Assembly (NCBI GenBank): GCA_964187785.1
Contig: OZ076409.1
Coordinates: 36,396,001-36,460,000, forward strand
Direction of reading: 5' to 3'
DNA: 64,000 nucleotides
From: Amphiscolops sp. MND2022
Lineage: Eukaryota
This document shows positions 50,239-64,000 of this stretch, piece by piece. The notes beneath the pieces were generated by a model, which made no database searches, had not been told where the DNA came from, and was given only the letters and a program-made list of their open reading frames with translations. Position numbers and translations under genes: made by a program. Each line of letters starts with the position of its first letter. Position 1 is the first letter of the stretch.

Positions 50239-50390
50239 AACCCATTATTTTTGATTAAATTTATAGTTTAGTGTTTGATAATAAAGATAAATTTATTGTT
50301 TGTAACTTAGACGGTTTTCTTGATGAAATATTGCTTCAACTTCTCAAACCGTGGTTATATTGTCGGTATAGAGTCGTTTGCTTTTCAGAC

Positions 50391-53300
50391 ATGCAGTTGA
50401 CCATCAAAACGCTGTCTCAAGAGACTTTCAAAGTTGACTTGGATCCCTCGTCAACGGTAAGTATTCTTTACAGTATGAATCTTTTGTTGCCTGGATACTG
50501 GTTAGCCCGGTTGTAGTAAACTTATCAGGACCGACACATAAACATTTATATTATTCATGTGAGCTGTTTTGTGCATTCCTAATAGCAAAGCTTCTTATTT
50601 GTGTTCGAGAGATTTCACATGATTATGTCGAAGCACATAATTGGATTTATAAGAATGACTGGTTTCTCTAAGAGCCTGTGGCAACATGTCAGTTGATAAT
50701 AGGATGAAAACAATTACAAAGTTTTATTTTGTTTGTCTGTTTGAAGGTTTTGAATTTGAAAGAAAAGTTGAAAGAGATGAAGAATTACGATATCGGCTGT
50801 CAGAAACTGATGTTTGCGGGCAAGATTCTGAAGGATGAGCATACCTTGGAGTCCTACAACGTGACAGAGGCTGGCTTCATAGTGGTGATGGTGTCCGCTC
50901 CCAAGCCAGCTCCTTCTGCCCCGCCATCAGAGACAACGTCAGCTTCCGCTACTCCCGCTGAGGCGAAACAGGAGCAACCCCCCGTCAAACCGCCGTGAGT
51001 ACATGTCTTCTGATGTCGACTTGAATTCTTGGTCAATTATATAAACATGATGTATGCTCATATCACATACACTTCGGTGTGAAAAATCGGCGTAATTTTA
51101 AAAATCCAATTCAATGTTCAGTTCTAGTGTTCCCACGTAAAGAGGATCCGAGAATTCATAGAGCAAAGTGAACTATTATTCTTTGAAAACTAGTTTCTGG
51201 CAAGTTCTTTTAACGCTTTACGGAGTAATCAATCTCTTGCTGTTCATTTCACGACCGCTTTTACAGGTCTTGGAATTCGATATCGTTAATATCGCAACTC
51301 TGAACTAGTAATCGGTGTGTTTAGTGCGACAACAGCGACCGCTGACAGTTCTGTGGAGTTGCCCTCCGGGACCCCGACGTCAACAGAAAGTGTGGGCTCA
51401 GAATCTCAGTCCACTCCTCAATCGCAGTCGGGGGGCAGTGCTTTATTCACTGAATCCACCTTTTTGAGCGGACAGGAGCTGGAAGAAACGATCGAAAACA
51501 TCAAAACAATGGGCTTCTCCGAAGACATGATCCGAAAAGCTTTGCAACTCAGTTACTTCAATCCAGACAGGGCTGTTGAAATGCTTGTCACTGTTAGTGA
51601 AAGTAAAGTCAAATATCATAATTGTGCCTTCTACATCGAAATTCATATTAATGAATATAAAAAGGGTGTTTTGAGCAGTAGAAATTCTTCATGACCCGCT
51701 TAGTGCTAGTCATGGGGGAAGGTTTCATTTTCATCCAGCCATGTTTTGACCTTGTACCATTTGAAAAGATTTTGTTGTTAAAGCCATTGTTTTAAGCCAT
51801 ATTCATTTGGTAGATGTATTCCAGACAAATCATCATTTTCAACGTACTGACCTATGAACTATAAATGTTTATCAAGTTTCGAATGATTTGGTCTTGTGTT
51901 GTTAGAATGATCCCGCGCTCAGTCAGCAAATGCCCTCCCCGGCTGCTCAAGAGAGACCGCGTGAACCGACTCCTGGGGTTGGACTTGCTGGAGGCGCCAC
52001 TGACAGAGAAACGCCACCGACAAGGCCAAACACCACCGGATTGCCTTCCAACACTCTGGAGTATCTCAGTAGGACGCAACAATTCCAACAGATCAGGACC
52101 CTCATCCAGTCCAACCCTGCATTTTTAGAACCCCTCCTGGTCGAATTACAAAACACTAATCCTGAACTTTTTGAGGTAATTTTTTCAGGAACCTCTGCTG
52201 AAGCTTATTCTATTTATCATAAGCGAATTTCATGACTGAAATCTATCGCAAACCACATTTCTATACTATTGGAGAATTTTGAATCCTTTTGATTTGTCTC
52301 CTTCTTTAAATAGCCATTCCGAACCATCACTCGAAGTTTAACGTCCGGGTCTTTTGGATTTCATCTAGTTCTGGTAGTTGAGATTTGTTTTAGCAAATAA
52401 ACGAGAATAGAGAAGAGTTTTTCCGACTGATGACGGCTGGCGAGAGTGAGCAGAACGCGGAGCACGCAGGGGGTGGTGGCGGTGCCGGTGAGAGTGACAT
52501 CTCTTCGGGACTGGAGGGGTTGGACCCTGCTGCTGGCGTCACTGGGGGTCAGCCGGGAGAGGGAGCCAGACCACCGCGTGTGTTGACCGTCACCTTGACC
52601 CCCGAAGAGCAAGCAAAGATAGATACTGTGAGGGCACCCTTTGAACTGCTTTTTTGCTTTTATGTGATGGAGTTTCATTAATGACAAGACACCCGCTAAG
52701 CACCGGGATATTTTCCGCTAAAGAAACGTATCAGCCCGGGTTCGAACCCGCGACCTCATGTGGAGATTTGGTAACGGAAATTGGTCAAGTAACTAAATAG
52801 TCGAGTAAATATATAAATTAGTCAAGTGATGGAGCGTGGAGATTTGGCAGAATTTGGAAAAAACGCATCACAGATCATGATTTTCTTCCCCCATTATATG
52901 TGGGCGGAAAATAACATCATGATTTTCCTCCCCCATTATATGTGGGCGGAAAATAAAAAGTTCCTTGAATATGTAGAGGTGTCCAATCTGTAACTTTTGC
53001 AGCTGAATCTATTCATGCCGTCGTTACTTACCATCAGGGAATATTTTGCTATTGATTTGTACAAAATTTGAAAAGCCTCGAGAAATTTCGTTAAATGACA
53101 TTTATAGGGTCTTTGTGAATATTGAAATTTATTGTTTTATGCCAGGGAAAGACTGTCTTGTAACATCAGTGCTCTGGTTGTTTTAGATAATAAACTGGAG
53201 CGGCGTTTCTCGACAACAAGCAGTGGAAGTTTTCCTTTTATGTGACAGAAATGCAGAACTGGCTATAAATTACATAATGGACAACCAAAACGATCTATAA
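50391..53300 (+). CDS. RAD23: UV excision repair protein RAD23 homolog, 6 exons
   Basis: Exons 50391-50456, 50747-50994, 51325-51592, 51906-52175, 52394-52627, 53187-53300. UbL (MQLTIKTL...QKLMFAGKILKD), UBA1 (MGFS...NPDRAVE), XPC-binding (QFQQIRTLIQSNP), UBA2 (CDRNAELAINY). Confidence 0.95.
52875..52957 (+). repeat. Two tandem ~41-bp units, related to 28757-28800 (inverted)
   Basis: TCATGATTTTC(T/C)TCCCCCATTATATGTGGGCGGAAAATAA twice; the reverse complement resembles TTATTTTCCGCCCATAT...GGGAAAGGAAAAT at ~28760. Confidence 0.7.
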
Positions 53301-55314
53301 CATTTTGAGTTGAGAGCATTTGCTGATTCTGATCTTATCCTAATTTAATTGTACGGAAGTTAAGCAAAACAACGAATATGATTGTCTTACTACTGATTTG
53401 TCTTATTTCTTGTAGGGTAAAATAGTTCTATGCAATGATGTACTACTGATGATGATGTGTTGCTTATGATGCAAGCACCACCAATGGCATTTGTAATGTT
53501 TTTGAGGTGATCTCCCTTCATCTCGCTGCATCCCTTGTCTTCTAATTTCCCACTGAGGGTAGAACCCAACTTGAGAAGAGTCGTCTTCGTGGGTGGCTCC
53601 CATCGTTAGAGCCACGCCTCCACTTTTATCGTCTTCTTTCTGCCCTGCCGGTGGTCCTCAATAGTCTGCAAAACATCCTGTGAATATATTCATTCAATTG
53701 ATAACCTTTATTGTCACTGTTTTTGAATTGCAATTTTTATTGTAACAATCCAGTTGTCATCATTCCTTGCAACAGATTAATTTTATTCTTTTTTCCGTAA
53801 CACAGCCCCTACTTAATTCATTGTCTCGGTAATAAAAGTGGTCGTAAAGTGGCTTAGCATCGAGTCTGGCATAGAGAAAAGGTACTTGCAATCGAACGTT
53901 CCATTCATTACAATGCATAATACAACTTCGGAATAGCAACGGCCAATTCTTGGGTGTCTCGTCAAAGATTGCCATCTCTCATATTAACATTGAATTTGCT
54001 ATATACAGTGCTGTGGTTTAGAAATCATCCCCTGGCCAATTTTAGGCTCGAATAGGTTGCAAATTTTGAAAAACATCAAGGTTTTATACTCAATAACTTT
54101 ATCTTTTTGATTCGAAAATGATCAGCCGTTTTAGAGATATCAGGCTCACAGGGCTAAAAAACTTCAATTTGTATTTAAGATTGGAGCTTAGGTTTTTGCT
54201 ATAACTTCGATTGTTATTCCATTTGAAATGTTTTCGGAACGGATTTTAGACTATCTACAGAACCCATAGAATCTTAAATTTGAGACACATTTTTAGAGCA
54301 CTTTCTCTGAATGGGGAAACTATATGGCAGGTTCTTTTTGCACCTGAAGTTTTATTTAATGCACCAATCCCAATTAAGCAAACAATTTTAACTGGCGGAT
54401 AACGACGTCTTTCACTTAGGGGGACACTTTCTCGATCACACCATCGTATGTATATTCCTGAATACCCCCAGAATTTGAAATATTTTTAGTTTATTGAAAA
54501 CGAACTCAAAATTCAAAAAAATTGAACAAGATAGTCTTCTTGATTGAGAAAATCTATTGTTTTTTCTTTAAGCAATTCGAAGTGACCTAAATAATTATGC
54601 AAGACCTTCCGTTTCGTTGATTTTACTATTTTAACAACGTATTAATCTTGTTGAGACTTATCGAACCTAGCATAGATGAAAGAAGCTTCGAACCTGTTGT
54701 AAGTTGTTGTACTTGTCAAAGTTTTGTGCTGAAGGTGTTGGTTAAGCATTAAACTAGACAGCCGTAGATTGTGAGCACTGATAAAAAACTAAACATTTTT
54801 TTTGGTTGCGACCAGAAACTGAAATCTGCATCGATCGCGATGCGCTGTAATTGATTGTGAAACCATAGACAAGGAATATACCGGGCTTATTCGTTCAACT
54901 AGAAAAGTCTGATTTATCTAAGTGTGTCTAAGATATTTCGTTCGGTTAATATAGTGGCTTTAAACAGTTCATCTCGCTTATAATAACATATCCGAGAGAG
55001 TTCATCAATCTTGTTGGTGTAATTCGGACATAGCCTCCGCCCAACGCCAGTTGAAATTTTCACTTAACATCCTGGAAATGAGGCTCTAACCGAAGAAGTA
55101 GCCACAAAACATTTGCTTGAAAAATTTAACTATTGACATTTAGCGAAAAGTTTCAACCCAATTGGAATCCTTCGAACTAATAAAAATTTGGTTGGCTCAA
55201 AGTTTATTTTTTGGTGTATGTGAGAGGCTCATCAGTCGCGAACTTTTCCCCATGGAATTGTTTTTTGGTTATTCTTGTTTTTTGTTTGTTGAAACATGGT
55301 GTAATGTAATAGTG

Positions 55315-57606
55315 GGCGTAGCGACAACTCATATCAAATCGATGAGGCGACAACTCATATCAATTGTAAAAAGCGACAACTCATATCAATATTTAAATTT
55401 AAACACAAACAATATCTAATCAAGTAATTGATTTGAACAAAGGCAGTTCAAAATTCTAAATTGTTCGCTAGACCTAGTAATGAGAGAATGCGGTTGTTCT
55501 GATAATTGCTCAATTTGGTTTTGAGCCGTTCGTGTTGGATTTAACATACTTTGCGTCTTGTATACGAGCAATTTTCACTCATGTCCAATTTTGTTCCTTC
55601 CTTAAAAACATCAAATTGGCCCAATATAGGATGAGGAAACCCCATACCACGTTGGGACGGTCTGTGCCAACCTTTCACGGAGTTATTCGTCTTGAGATCC
55701 AATCAAGGCTTTCTCAAGACTGGTTCCTTAACGGTAAATGAAACAGTGACTTCGTTCATCGTTCCACCCGCCCAGATGCTCCCAGCGAGGTGTTTTCGTA
55801 ATACTCCGGGGACGGCATCAAATGGGTATCAGGGGGTAACGTTTCTAGAACTTTACAAAAAGCTAGATGGACATCCTCGGATGGGATTAAAGCGAGAGCC
55901 ACCAAACATATCCTTGTACAGGCCGGCAAGTCTAGGAGCCTGAATATTGCCTGTGCAATATGGAAGAAGCATCCTTCAACTTTTGTTGTGGGGAAATTTT
56001 TCGGAAGGAACTGATCGCAGACCGCTCGAAATCTTATCAGTCTTCTCGAGGATAATTTAGGATTGAGTTTTTTGAGTGTTGTGAACGCCTTTTTTATTTC
56101 TGCGTAGCAGGAATATCATTGAAACCTCAAGATGTCTACGTTTCTCTTCAGTAAAATTCTTCGAATGATATTGAATAGTTCAGATATTTCGTTCGGCAGT
56201 GACTATAAGCGTGAGAATTGAATTCTCAAGCTGCCGACGACAATTCAATTCTCGTGCGAGTGGTAATCATGCATTCGTACGCTGACGTCATTGAGATGAA
56301 GCGAGCGAATGTTCCTAATTATGCTTTCGTACACCGAGCTATTGAGATGAAGCGAATCAGTGTTAATTATTCCTTCACCGAGAGCTTTGCCTGCATTCAA
56401 ATGCGAATCCGAAACTTCGTATACGCTTAGCAGTGATATTTGCTTTAGTCCGAGACTTGAAGGCGCTATGAACTTGTGGCTCTGTGGCGAAAATTAACAT
56501 CCGATCTTCATCAGGGTCAGTCATCAGCGTGAAATTGGTCACCTTTCTATGTAACATGTAGTTCTACCAGAATTGCAACTTTTATGTTACTAGTGTTTAC
56601 GTTTTCTCCATTGCGTTGTCGTTCAATAACTAACCAATGAATCTGTATGAAGGCAAAGCTACTGCGCATTCGGTGTCATTTGTTGATGTTGCTGCTTGTA
56701 TGATTGCACGTGGGGGCTCAACTTATTTGTTCTCGATCCTTGAATTCTTGTTTGACTTATAAAATGAAGATGAAAATGCATGCTCAGACTAAAAACGCAC
56801 GACGAATTGTTTTCTATTTTCCCCGTCAGAAACCTTCAGAAAGTGTTATTTGAAATATCAATTGAACCCGAAAACTTTTAATTTCTCATGGAAATCCATC
56901 AAAAGCCTAACTAACAAAAGCACGTGGTATTTTTCTGTTCTCAGTTTTTTCAAGTAATTTTGAGAATTTAAAAGGCACGTTCAAAATTACTTTTGTTTTT
57001 TTTGGTACCATGGCATGAGTGTGACTTGTTCAACAATGACGTCATCGCAAGGTGAGTCTGTCAATGCAACTCTTTTGCATCCTGCCACATCACAGCGCCA
57101 AGAAGTCTCTCCGGTTTTGTTGACTCTGTATTAGTTGTAGTAAAATCCGTCGTGTTCCAGTTTCTTAACCCCGCGTTGAAACAAAAAATTCCGGGGCATT
57201 TTCAATTAAGAATGGAAATTTGATACAAGAGTTCGAAACTATCACTTTTTGGAATGTTAAAACCGGAATGGCTTCAGAAAAATGGCACAGAGAATGTATG
57301 TATATACACCCTACCAATTTTCTACCTGTTCGCGCAATTACCACTTCCGGACTTTGATACAAATTAGATAATTCAACGTTCATTTGGTGTAATACTAATA
57401 ATAGCCACTAATGTGTAATCAAAGTAACTGAGACGCTCTTTGAGCGAAGAGTTAATTGATTGCAAATTAGCATCAGTTACCACTTGATATGAGTTTTCGA
57501 TTTCAATATATATGAGTTGTCGCTTGATATGAGCGGACGCTTTTTCAAACTGATATGAGTTGTCGCTTGGTATGAGTTGTCGCTTGATATGAGTTGTCGC
57601 CGTTTG
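55315..57606 (-). mobile_element. Degenerate Mutator (MULE) DNA transposon
   Basis: 9-bp TSD GTAATAGTG (55306-55314, 57607-57615). GCGACAACTCATATCAA subrepeats inverted at the two ends. Minus-strand remnants DRMLIFATE and RTNNSVKGWH (catalytic E lost). Confidence 0.85.
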
Positions 57607-58194
57607 GTAATAGTGTTATTCCGAAGACAACTTATGAAATGTCTCCCATGATTCCTGTAGTATTCCCCTACAAACGAAAGTCTCTTTAGTCTTGTGTTAA
57701 CGAAACAAACATTTAAACTTCTGCAATTTCAGCCTTGAAATTTTCAAAAACATAATTTTTTGAACTATATGAAAATCTGAGAAGCATCTTTTTACATTAT
57801 TTTTTTTGGATTCGTGAATTTATATATCTGAAGGGTATCGGAGCAGCCTATTTCCAAGCAAGATAATCGAAACCAGACAAGATCTCCGATTTTGGAGAAG
57901 GGATAAACGCGGATTTTAAAATTATACAAAACGGCTGATTTTCAAATGGGAACAAAATTGGCCGGTTGTTTCTCTCTACACATGAAGTACGCGCATCGGT
58001 CAAAGCTAAATGACACGATGGAAATTGTGATTGCGAAATTACAACAGCAATATGTTGAAAGAAAAAAGAAAGCCACATTAGGTTTTGTTATATCGAAGAT
58101 TTTAACGCCAGATGCTGTGTTTGCTTTTTTTCGTCTCTAAAGCGTAATGGGTTAATTGTTTCAAAATGCATCAATTAAGTTGAGAAAATTGCTC

Positions 58195-58315
58195 TTTTTA
58201 GTCGGCGCTTTGCTAGAGAAAAGAGTCGTTTATAGTCATGGCTTATCGTCAGTGTTTTTAGTCGGCGCATTTTAGTAGAAAGTGTGCCCGACTCTTACAG
58301 TGGGTAGTTTTTTTA
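58195..58315 (-). repeat. Two terminal fragments of the Helentron/DINE-like repeat
   Basis: TTTTAGTCGGCGC twice; 58257-58315 is the reverse complement of the 26186-26248 end. Confidence 0.65.
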
Positions 58316-58910
58316 CTCGCGTAAGGTCCACTTTTTTGTTCATTTGTCATCATAAAAGCTGCGGTCAATCCCATAATAATGCCTTTTCTGTGGCTTGAAA
58401 AAACTTGTCATCAATTCGTTCAAAATTAGATGGGATGAAAATCACTTGTTTGAAACACTAATACTCGGTGGAAAAGTAACTTTATAAACGGCTTGACGTT
58501 ACATCATGTGACGTTATAACCGGTTTACGCTGTATTGCGTAGAAAATTAGTTACGCCATGGAATTCGAATTTTTCTCGCTAGAATTTTCTTTTTGCACAC
58601 ACCTCTGCTTTTGTCTGTTATATATAGTGTCTAAGTTTGCAATTGGCTATAAATTATAGAAAAGCGTCAAATTATGTGAAATAATTGACATGAATTTGAA
58701 GTAAAATAAAATATTTGATTTGCACCATTCCATGAAATAGAATTTCATCAAACTTTGGCGATACTTCGCCATCTATGAATAAAACATTTTCAGGCAAATA
58801 TTTTCAATCATTTGAACCAGCATTTCATGCTTTCTGCTCAATCAAAATCTAAAAGTCAGCATGGCATCATTTCTGGTGGCAATTCAATACTCAAAGTTTT
58901 CATGTAATTT

Positions 58911-61900
58911 TCAGCTGCTAGATTCACATCTTTCCTTCGTTCCTGATCCCTTCTCTGACTCCTTCGGTGTTTCCTCATCTCTGTTGTTGTTGGGAGTCCC
59001 AAAGTGCCCGGAAAGTGCTTTTTTCTGTCTACTCAACGAGCTGATGGCTTTAGCATGACTTATCCTTGTTTTGCATGCTTTCTCCACCGACTGCGCCACT
59101 TTACCGGCACCCAAATTGCAACTCAACACAAAGCACTTGTATGCTATCTGTTCCTCTGGATTTGCGCAAATGAAAGCAAACTTTTTGATGTCTTTACCGA
59201 TTGCATAAAAAGATAGGTATCGCAATTTGCATTCAGCTATTATCTTGCTTTTATCTTCTTTGGATTGCAGTGTTATACTCGCGGGAGTCACTATCAAAGA
59301 GACAGCCTCTTGCACCGTCTGTAGTTCGGCTATAGCTTTGTTGGTGATATCTAACCCCTCTGGGCGCGAAACTGAAATGAAGCCGTGGTACTCGACATCA
59401 TGTGTTTCTTTCACCAAAGCGTTTTTACGGTTCCCTATGTTGAACGTGCTCCTCGCTCTCAGATCTCTCAAAGGCGTCGATTCTGTGTTGAACTCTTGGA
59501 GGCTGTGACTGGCTGTCCGCTGTGGAGGACTAATCATCGAAACTTCCGACTCGGTACGCGTCGCTGTCGTCTTGCTTTCGTCACTGTTCTCCAAATTTGG
59601 CGATGATTCGGCGGTCAAAGAAACTGCTATCTCAGCATCTGAAACAAATGGATGATTCTCCTTCCTCAAAATGATCAAGAAATGTTTTTGGAAAATTCTC
59701 AAATTAACTTTGCATGTTATTAAAGTGCAAATTTTGTCCTAACATGTTTGGTTTGCTTGAGATTCATATCCTTCGAGTTGTTCATCAACTCTTATTCAAC
59801 AGTCTGATCGGAAGATCCTTGCTGAGCGGACATTAGCCCTTGAGGGTCTTTTGTTTTTTTTTGGCACAGAATTATCATCCAGTAAAATGTCAATAATAAT
59901 GAGTACTGAAAGAGGCCCTACTTTATTGTTTCTCTCGTTTTCACATGACCTACAAAACCTTGACACAAAAGTGTCCCCTTTTTAACATTTTCAGTCAGGA
60001 AAAAGTTCTTTCAAGTCCAAAGGTTTTTTTGTCTTTGTAAGATTTTTCAGAATTATAAAATCCCTTTTAGCATATATAAAAGACCTCGCGCTTCTTGGAC
60101 CTCGAGTGAGGTGCCGACTTGAGACGTTCCCGTCTTATTAAACTATAAACAAACCCAAAACAAAAGCTCATTCTAGGGTTCAATATATGCGCGCTGAGAT
60201 AATATGAATGATTACTTGAGCTTTTGGAGCTTGCTGTTGACTGCACAGATCGTCTGGTGAAGGTGGTAGACATGGCTTTGGTCTTAGTTGTGGCCCTGGA
60301 CGAAACAGGAGAGTTGCTGGAACTCGTTCTGATTGCTCTTCTGGTATTCATACACGCCTTGTGCAAAGCTTCAGCCACAAGTTTGGCGTCTCCGTCGCAC
60401 TTGAAGAAGGATATTTTGTAAACAGCATTGTGATGTCCTGCCCATGTTGTATCAAATCAAGGTTTCCTCTCATTAGTCGTTCAGCTATTTCGTTTTTAAT
60501 TTTTTCAGCTCCTTCAGGCAAAAAATGCAAATAGTTTTATGGAAGCTGTCAATAACGATCTTGGTGTTTTTATTGTTATTAGTCGGTGCCTTATGAACAG
60601 ACTATTATTACGACCACCTATTATAATGGCTTTTCTTTGGTGTTTTTTTTTCAATCCGGTCGAAGTCACCATTAAAAATCTACAAAATGCCAAAGTGATT
60701 GAAAACCATTGAAATTTCATCAAAAGAAATAGTCCATGTCTTTAACACAAACGTTTTCTGCAAAGGAAACACTGCCTGTCGGGTGAGTGACACCCTCGCT
60801 CTCTGCCTCCTGAGGGGGTGCCTCACTGCCATGGGTGACAATGGCCAGCAACTTGTTTTTGCTTCCCCCCACACTCCATATTGGTAAAGTGTCCAGAGGG
60901 TGAGCAAACGTCGTTTCCTTGGTGATGACATTAGTCACCACAAAGGATTCACCTGAAAATCAATTTGTCGCAATCAGCTGTATTGTTCTCTAGGCCTTAC
61001 GCCATGTCGACAAAAAAATTTTCGGAGCATCAAGACGCTTGCATCCCGAAGCCGAAAAAAATGAATCAACCGAATGTGAATTGATGGACTGTAAACGGTT
61101 TATTATCAGACGAAATTACAACAGGTTCTTTGAAGTCTACTCAAGATAGTTTTTCAGGCAATATAACTCAATGAAGATCTTTGCAGTTTTTTTCAAATTG
61201 TTCGCATAATGTAATATAAATATTAGTATGTTTAGCATACACAAAAATAGTGTAAAGTTGATGATATAAAAAGTAGCATATAAAAGGGACGAAAATATCG
61301 ACAATAAACTACTAAAAGTGACATTTCACATTTTTTGCTATATTGAGAATTATCTATTTCCTTCATAAACGTCTCATAGAAAATCCTTGACGAATGCAGA
61401 TTATCCATGGCAAATACCTTATTGACTAATTTCTTGTTTTGTTAGTTCTCTATTAGCACTCCCTAAAACGTAAAGTGAAGCCATATTCTCAAAAATAAGC
61501 CTGCTAAGATGTCGATAATTTAGTTGTGCTTTTCGGGTCTGAAATTCTTTGAAAGAAATTTTTTAAACTCAAGACCGGAGAAGTTTTTGCGAGGCAAGAA
61601 AATTTTTTAATAAGCGCTTATCTTTTCGGAAGTTCAGAATTATGTGCTCTTTGTTCTGAGCAGTACTCGTTAAATAAGGAAACTTGGAAGTAGTTGAGTT
61701 AATTTTTCCTGGGAAAACGGAAAACTGTGGAAATTTTAGCTTGTAATGGGGTGTAAATTTCTTGATGAAAGTCATCGAGTGTAGCTTTTTGATGTTTCAT
61801 TATCATGAAATTCCTCGCTCAACTTAATACCTAAAGCTTACTTCAAGTTACTTAATTCATGAGCACTTTATCAAACGTGAAGTCATTGTTTCCCCTTCGA

Positions 61901-63930
61901 GAATCAAATGATTTTTTGGGGAATTATATTTCTGAGAGAAAGCGAAACCAGTTAGAAACAGGCACCCAGCTCAATGATCAAAAAATGCCTAGTAATTCAA
62001 TTTTCGAAGACCTGTTTTCTTCAGAAAAAAAAGGCTCACGTTATTTTAAAAATGCAAAGAGTACTTTATTGACTTTTTTGCTTCAATATTGATGCAAAAT
62101 ATCAAAGGACTGTATTTCTGTAAATTAAAGTTGTTCCTCGGTAGAGGCCGATATACAATCGGATCTCTTTGTTAATAGCCTAGTATACTGAAGTAACCTG
62201 ATTTGATAGCCTGTGGATCCTTTGCGAATGTTGAAGGAAAGATTATGCAAAAGCACTGCCTCATAGAACGAAGTCCATGATTTGCTCAAAAACTTACACT
62301 GTATGCGGCGATCGAAAGAGTAAGTTAATCTGAACCAGAGTTTTCTGAGCAACTGTAACAACTTTTGTTCTTTCAGATAGTTGTGCAGACTTCGGAGTTT
62401 GTAAATTCTGTTTGTGACATTACAATGGCTCCCTTGTGATTGGTTTCATTTCACAAATTCCATTGCCATGTGTGTAATATTTTCAGTTAGTGTAAAGTAA
62501 CCTTCGATAGAGATGAAGACATTTTGGGAAGTGTGCAAGTCCTTTGGCTTCTCGTACTTCTTCATTAGTGACTTGATGATGGAGTTTCGTTTGGGATCCT
62601 TCATCACTGAATTAGGCAGACTCTCACATGCTAAGTACCTGCCACCGAAGTTCTCATGCACCGCGTCGTTGTAGAGTTTGTCAACCATGTAGCATTCTTT
62701 GAAGGCACTTTGGGTGCAAGAGGCCGCAAGCATCTGACACAGTCAGGCATTATCAAAGGTTTTGTCCCTTGTCCTTTTCAAAGTTTTATTTTTTTCAAAG
62801 GTCAATTTGTATCTTCGAGAATACTTGTCCCTAGAATTCTTTTTATAGATGTTTTTTCTCAACTAGTCTTCTGTTTAAACGCTTTTATTAAATGATTATT
62901 TGCAGTTTTTCTCTGGAATTGTCGTTTTTGTTTCTTCGGTTTTTGAAATGAAAAATCAAAATTAGTAAGTTTCGAGCCTATTAAGCCGTACTCCGGTAGA
63001 ACCTCATATAATTCAGCTTTGAAAACAGTACGCAATCAGTTTCGTATGAATCTGGTTCGTATTTTGGAGAAGCATTGATTGTGTTGCTATATTGCGGGGT
63101 ATTGGACATGACCAAGTCTGTATCAAGTTGATATTGCCTGAGTGGGTTTGTTGCACTTGGTGCAGAAAGTGTCCTCGTCCGTGCTCTTGCCCATGTCGGC
63201 CACTGAGTGGAACACCTTGGTGCTCTCGGCCGAGCAGTTGCAAACCATCTTCCTCCTGAACTTCATGATGCGTGCATGGAACTTGCACATTCCGACAGGA
63301 CTGCCTGCCCCCGCCCCCTTGTCTGGTGACTCAGTGTCTAACAGCATAAAAGGATGTATCATGTTTGCCAAAATTACTCTTTTAAATACTCTCTGAAATT
63401 AATTTGTCAACTTCATCTCCACAATATATCATTTAAATGCACAAAAATTACTCTTCTAAACACTCACTGTCTCAATTTGCTATCATTTTTTGTTCAGTGT
63501 TTGCGGTCCTCTGCAATTCATTTTTGTGAAGCTCATTCAAATTTTTTGAATGTAACTTAGAATTGGGTCGCCATATTTTGAAGTCAATTTGGAATGTGTA
63601 CAGAACATTACGATACGGTTTTTAATCGATGACGTTTTTATACTTTTGATGTTCCATTATTGTATCTAATATAATGAAAGTTATAATGTAATCCATCAAT
63701 TTAGGCTTGATGAATTGCAAAAATGACGTACTTCTTGAGAGCTTTTGCTTTGCGGAAGATATGGTTTTCATGATGCGCGAGCCTTTGTGGGGGGACGCTT
63801 CTTTCTCGAGAGTGCTGGCCTTGTCAGGAGAGTTGGTCGTCATCTTAACTGGGGCTGAGGTCTTGCGCGCTGCTAGTCTTCTCGAGTTTGACAAAGCTCG
63901 TACCAAAAGAGAGTGTTTCCTCACTCGAGT
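58911..63930 (-). CDS. APBB: Fe65/APBB-like adaptor with two PTB domains (5' end possibly outside the window)
   Basis: Exons ~63930-63732, 63337-63138, 62733-62502, 60952-~60825, 60437-60216, 59638-58911 with compatible phases. PTB1: HPLDTLPIWSVG, FFKCDGDAKLVAEAL. PTB2: ECKLRYLSFYAIGKD..KFAFI, KVAQSVEKAC. Confidence 0.82.
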
Positions 63931-64000
63931 CTGAACACAATTGAACAAGACATCCGCCAATTTTAAATGAAAGTTAGTTACTACTGGTCTTAATATAAAG

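Noticed and set aside
52733..52760. tRNA gene (GGGTTCGAACCC)
   Set aside because: Only a B-box/T-arm-like fragment with no cloverleaf; probably a SINE remnant.
55315..57606. GCGACAACTCATATCAA repeats as a CRISPR-like array
   Set aside because: Eukaryotic context, irregular short spacing and inverted arrangement at both ends: subterminal repeats of a MULE.

Overview
AT-rich, intron-containing invertebrate animal genomic DNA (species not identifiable from sequence alone), dominated by transposons. (1) 652-16885 is a complete but mildly degenerate 16.2-kb Gypsy/Ty3 LTR retrotransposon with 1.9-kb LTRs and a 5-bp TSD (ATTAC). Between pol and the 3' LTR it carries about 6 kb of cargo: an antisense five-exon gene with four short spliceosomal introns, encoding a ~1,190-aa BED-finger protein that resembles a catalytically eroded hAT transposase, and a sense 252-aa orphan ORF that runs into the 3' LTR. 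Gag starts about 535 nt inside the 5' LTR, and no polypurine tract precedes the 3' LTR. This element is the most unusual system in the window. (2) A five-exon peptide-receptor-type GPCR with a GC-AG intron. (3) A 0.9-kb tandem duplication and a tandem, mosaic BEL/Pao array. (4) After a 200-N gap: a LINE remnant, four TIR MITEs sharing an internal core, and a 5'-truncated CRE-type retrotransposon nested in one of them. (5) Selenoprotein O (UGA-Sec plus SECIS), followed about 300 nt later by RAD23 in an operon-like layout. (6) A degenerate Mutator element and a minus-strand Fe65/APBB-like two-PTB gene. All family assignments come from motif recognition by eye, not database searches.
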